Below the pieces are notes generated by a model that was not told where the DNA came from, did not search any database, and saw only the letters and a program-made list of their open reading frames with translations. A DNA stretch of 60,696 nucleotides, the filler included. It is 5 parts of 5 records of this genome, joined end to end, with 100 filler letters (N's around TTAATTAATTAA, not from the genome) between each part and the next. Parts side by side here need not be neighbours in the genome. Positions count along the whole stretch, not along the records: positions 55,352 to 60,696 come from SRR31156797_4106; 4 more parts are not named here. One strand, written 5' to 3'. The position numbers and the translations under genes were made by a program. Position 1 is the first letter of the stretch. Each line of letters starts with the position of its first letter. Shown one piece after another: positions 58,001 through 60,696 of this stretch.

Positions 58001-58918
58001 TCAATAGCCGAACTTTCGCAAAGCCCTCGTATCCTTGGTCCAGTTTTTCTGCACCCGAACAAAAAGTTTTAGAAAAACTTTTTGTTCTAAAAATGCTTCG
58101 ATTTCCTTACGCCCCTCTTCACCGATCTGTTTGAGCTTAGCGCCTCTTTTTCCAATGACAATTCCTTTTTGTGAATCCCGCTCCAGATGGATGGTGGCAT
58201 GAATCCGGACAAGGGATCCCTTTTTCTCTTCCTTGAAGGAATCGATGGTCACCATAACAGCATAGGGAATTTCCTGGCCCGTAAGTCGAAAAACCTTCTC
58301 CCGGATCATTTCGGCCGCAAGGAACCTCATGGGTAAGTCCGTAAGGCTATCAGGCGGAAAAAACGGAGGACCTTCCGGAAGGGCTTTTTCCATCTCGCCC
58401 ATTAAGAGATCCACCTGTTCACCGCTCTTTGCACTGATGGGAACCATGGCTTCAAAGGGGAAGGCGGTAGACCAGGCCTCTATCTGCGACAAAAGCATGG
58501 GCCGTTTTACCCGGTCGATCTTATTTAAGGCCAGGAGTACCGGCAGTTTCTGCTGGGAAAGTTTTTTGAGCAAAAGCTTTTCCGATGACCCGTCGGGAGA
58601 CTCGGCATCCGCCACGAAAAGAAGAACGTCTACTTCCGACAGGGTTGACAGCGCAACCTCAACAATTCGCGTGTTCAGGGGTGTTTTTGCCTGGTGGATA
58701 CCGGGGGTGTCTAAAAAAACCATTTGGGATCGGGTACGATGGGAAACACCAAGGATTCGATTGCGCGTGGTTTGAGGTTTTTTGGAGGTAATGGAGAGTT
58801 TCTGTCCGAGAACTCGATTTAAAAGCGTAGACTTTCCGGCATTGGGCGCCCCGAGAATGGCCACAAATCCGCTTCGGAACGTCGTCTGGTGTTCAGGCCC
58901 CTTCGAAATGCTCATCAT
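58001..58918 (-). CDS. era: GTPase Era
   Basis: GAPNAGKSTL, KPQTTR, DTPG, NKID, ISA, EIPY, KH domain IVIGKRG. Confidence 0.97.
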   Translation of the reverse strand: MMSISKGPEHQTTFRSGFVAILGAPNAGKSTLLNRVLGQKLSITSKKPQTTRNRILGVSHRTRSQMVFLDTPGIHQAKTPLNTRIVEVALSTLSEVDVLLFVADAESPDGSSEKLLLKKLSQQKLPVLLALNKIDRVKRPMLLSQIEAWSTAFPFEAMVPISAKSGEQVDLLMGEMEKALPEGPPFFPPDSLTDLPMRFLAAEMIREKVFRLTGQEIPYAVMVTIDSFKEEKKGSLVRIHATIHLERDSQKGIVIGKRGAKLKQIGEEGRKEIEAFLEQKVFLKLFVRVQKNWTKDTRALRKFGY

Positions 58919-59495
58919 AAACGGTCCTTTCAATTAAAGACCAAACATTTTCCTTTCCCTGTCGGGTCTTGCTGGAAAAAAGAATCAACTCCGAAACGTT
59001 CACACCCAGGGTTTCGCCGATAATTGTCTGTTGTTTCTTTTGTTTGGTTTTGGAAAGCTTGTCAGCTTTGGTCAACACGAGAATCGGCATTCTCCGGTAA
59101 AGTTTCAACCAGTCGATGAGATTTTTTTCCTCGATACCCGGCGTTCTGCGAAGATCCAGAATTAAAACGACGGCCTTTAACGCTTCACGTCCTTTGAGAT
59201 AGGTCTCGATCATCGGTCCCCATTTTCGCCTTACCGACTGGGGAACCTTTGCGTAGCCGTATCCTGGAAGATCAACGAAAAACAACTGATCGTTGACTGT
59301 AAAAAAATTAATCAATTGCGTTCGCCCGGGTGTTGAGCTCGTTTTTACCAGCCGTTTGCGATTAACCAGGGTGTTGATCAAAGAGGATTTGCCGACATTG
59401 GACCGTCCGGCAAACGCCACTTCCGGAAAACGGCTCTCCGGATATTGGGAAGGTTTGACGGCACTGGTGATAAATTCTGCTGATTTTACGATCAT
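58893..59495 (-). CDS. engB: Ribosome biogenesis GTPase YihA/YsxC
   Basis: FAGRSNVGKSSLIN, TPGRTQLIN, DLPGYGYA, TKADK. Confidence 0.97.
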   Translation of the reverse strand: MIVKSAEFITSAVKPSQYPESRFPEVAFAGRSNVGKSSLINTLVNRKRLVKTSSTPGRTQLINFFTVNDQLFFVDLPGYGYAKVPQSVRRKWGPMIETYLKGREALKAVVLILDLRRTPGIEEKNLIDWLKLYRRMPILVLTKADKLSKTKQKKQQTIIGETLGVNVSELILFSSKTRQGKENVWSLIERTVYDEHFEGA

Positions 59496-60631
59496 AAGCC
59501 CTTGATATAAGCCTCCAGGCGGTTTAAGCCCTCTTTTATATTCTCCATGGAATTGGCATAGGAGAATCGTAAGTACCCCTCTCCGTGTTTACCGAAATCG
59601 ATTCCCGGTGTGACCCCAACGCAGGCTTTTTCCAGAATATCGAACGCCAGTGCATAGGAGTCGGTGGAAAGATGCCGGGCATTGGCAAAAACATAAAACG
59701 CTCCGGTGGGTTCTACGGTGATTCCGAATCCCATCTCTTTGAGCCGCCGGATCATGTATACCCGACGTTCGTTATAGATGCGCTTCATTCTGGCGACATC
59801 CTCCTGGGATTCTTCCAGCGCAGCGATTCCGGCCTTTTGAATCATGGCATTTGCGGAAATAAAAAAGTTTTGGTGGACTTTTTGAATGGATCGCATAAAC
59901 GATTTCGGAGCGATCAGATAACCGAGGCGAAGTCCGGTCATGGCGAATAGTTTGGAAAAACCGTTTAATACAAAGGCCCTGTCTGTGAACTCCAGGATCG
60001 AGTGCTCCTTTCCTTCGTATACCAGTCCGTGATAAATCTCGTCTGAGACAATCCACGGAGACATTGCGGCAACAGCTTGCATCCGTTCCCGTGATAGCAG
60101 GTTTCCCGTTGGATTGGAGGGGGAGTTGATAAAGATGGCACGCGTGCGATCCGTTAGCTTTTCTTCTATGGCTTCGGGCCGAAACTGAAAACCGTCTTCC
60201 TCGTAGACCGGAACCATAACCGGTTCACCACCCACGAATTTGATGAAATTGGGATAACAGGCATAGTGGGGATCGGATAAAATGACCTGATCTTTGGGTT
60301 CGAGCAGCGCGGCAAAGGCCATGAAAATAGCGGGCGAACTACCGGATGTCACCACCACCTGATCCGGTTCCACCGTCACGCCATAGGTCTTTAAATAATA
60401 GTCGCAGATGGATTCGCGCAGTTCCACCATACCAAGACTGTGCGTATAGTGGGTGAATCCTTCTGTAATGGCTTTGCAGGCGGCCTCCTTTACGCACTGT
60501 GGCGTATCGAAATCGGGCTCACCGACCTCCAGATGTACAATATCCTTTCCTTCGCACTCCAGCGCACAGGCCCGCTCCAATACGTCCATCACAATGAATG
60601 ATGTCATTTCCTCGGTGCGTTTGGACGCCAT
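59492..60631 (-). CDS. PLP-dependent class I/II (aspartate-type) aminotransferase
   Basis: GEPDF, NSPSNPTG, SDEIY, GFSKLFAMTGLRLGY, GAFY, RFSYA. Confidence 0.93.
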   Translation of the reverse strand: MASKRTEEMTSFIVMDVLERACALECEGKDIVHLEVGEPDFDTPQCVKEAACKAITEGFTHYTHSLGMVELRESICDYYLKTYGVTVEPDQVVVTSGSSPAIFMAFAALLEPKDQVILSDPHYACYPNFIKFVGGEPVMVPVYEEDGFQFRPEAIEEKLTDRTRAIFINSPSNPTGNLLSRERMQAVAAMSPWIVSDEIYHGLVYEGKEHSILEFTDRAFVLNGFSKLFAMTGLRLGYLIAPKSFMRSIQKVHQNFFISANAMIQKAGIAALEESQEDVARMKRIYNERRVYMIRRLKEMGFGITVEPTGAFYVFANARHLSTDSYALAFDILEKACVGVTPGIDFGKHGEGYLRFSYANSMENIKEGLNRLEAYIKGL

Positions 60632-60696
60632 TGATACCCCCTTGTTGTATAAGGTTAAAGAAATCCTTTTTGGCAAGGCCAGAGTGAGAACGCTTG

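Noticed and set aside
1-60696. tRNA, rRNA, tmRNA, CRISPR arrays, integrase or prophage genes
   Set aside because: None recognised by eye; a tRNAscan/Rfam run would be needed to exclude them fully.

Overview
The window is not one replicon. It is five contigs joined by artificial 100-nt N linkers containing TTAATTAATTAA (25892-25991, 33185-33284, 45349-45448, 55252-55351), with visibly different base composition and probably different source organisms. Contig 1 (1-25891) looks like an anaerobic respirer (Deferribacterales-like, by inference). It carries a ZnuA-like protein, a radical SAM protein, a group 1 [NiFe]-hydrogenase with its protease, lysA-dapF-dapA-dapB, a pilin, an SfrBA-type NADPH oxidoreductase, a CxxU SelW/Rdx selenoprotein with SECIS that the ORF track missed, two candidate structured RNAs and a truncated giant T1SS-type adhesin. 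Contig 2 has a sigma54-driven MCP, a collapsed M6 protease pseudogene and DUF3999/DUF2339. Contig 3 is a co-oriented defence-island-like array: a large nuclease/degenerate-STAND protein, DUF3010 + Ser/Thr kinase, an HTH-SF2 helicase + zinc-finger pair, an RqlHI-like pair with a broken toxin, and attC-like hairpins. Contig 4 is very AT-rich and has GNATs, a rubredoxin, and a NACHT/STAND-nuclease gene bracketed by two directly repeated REPINs. Next to it is a RAYT transposase whose own coding sequence contains the same REP motif. Contig 5 is housekeeping (aminotransferase, engB, era, ATP-grasp, HNH, PAS histidine kinase). The best candidates for undescribed systems are the REPIN/RAYT-bracketed NLR-like gene and the DUF3010-kinase and HTH-helicase/Zn-finger modules. 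All family assignments come from motif recognition by eye; no searches were run.
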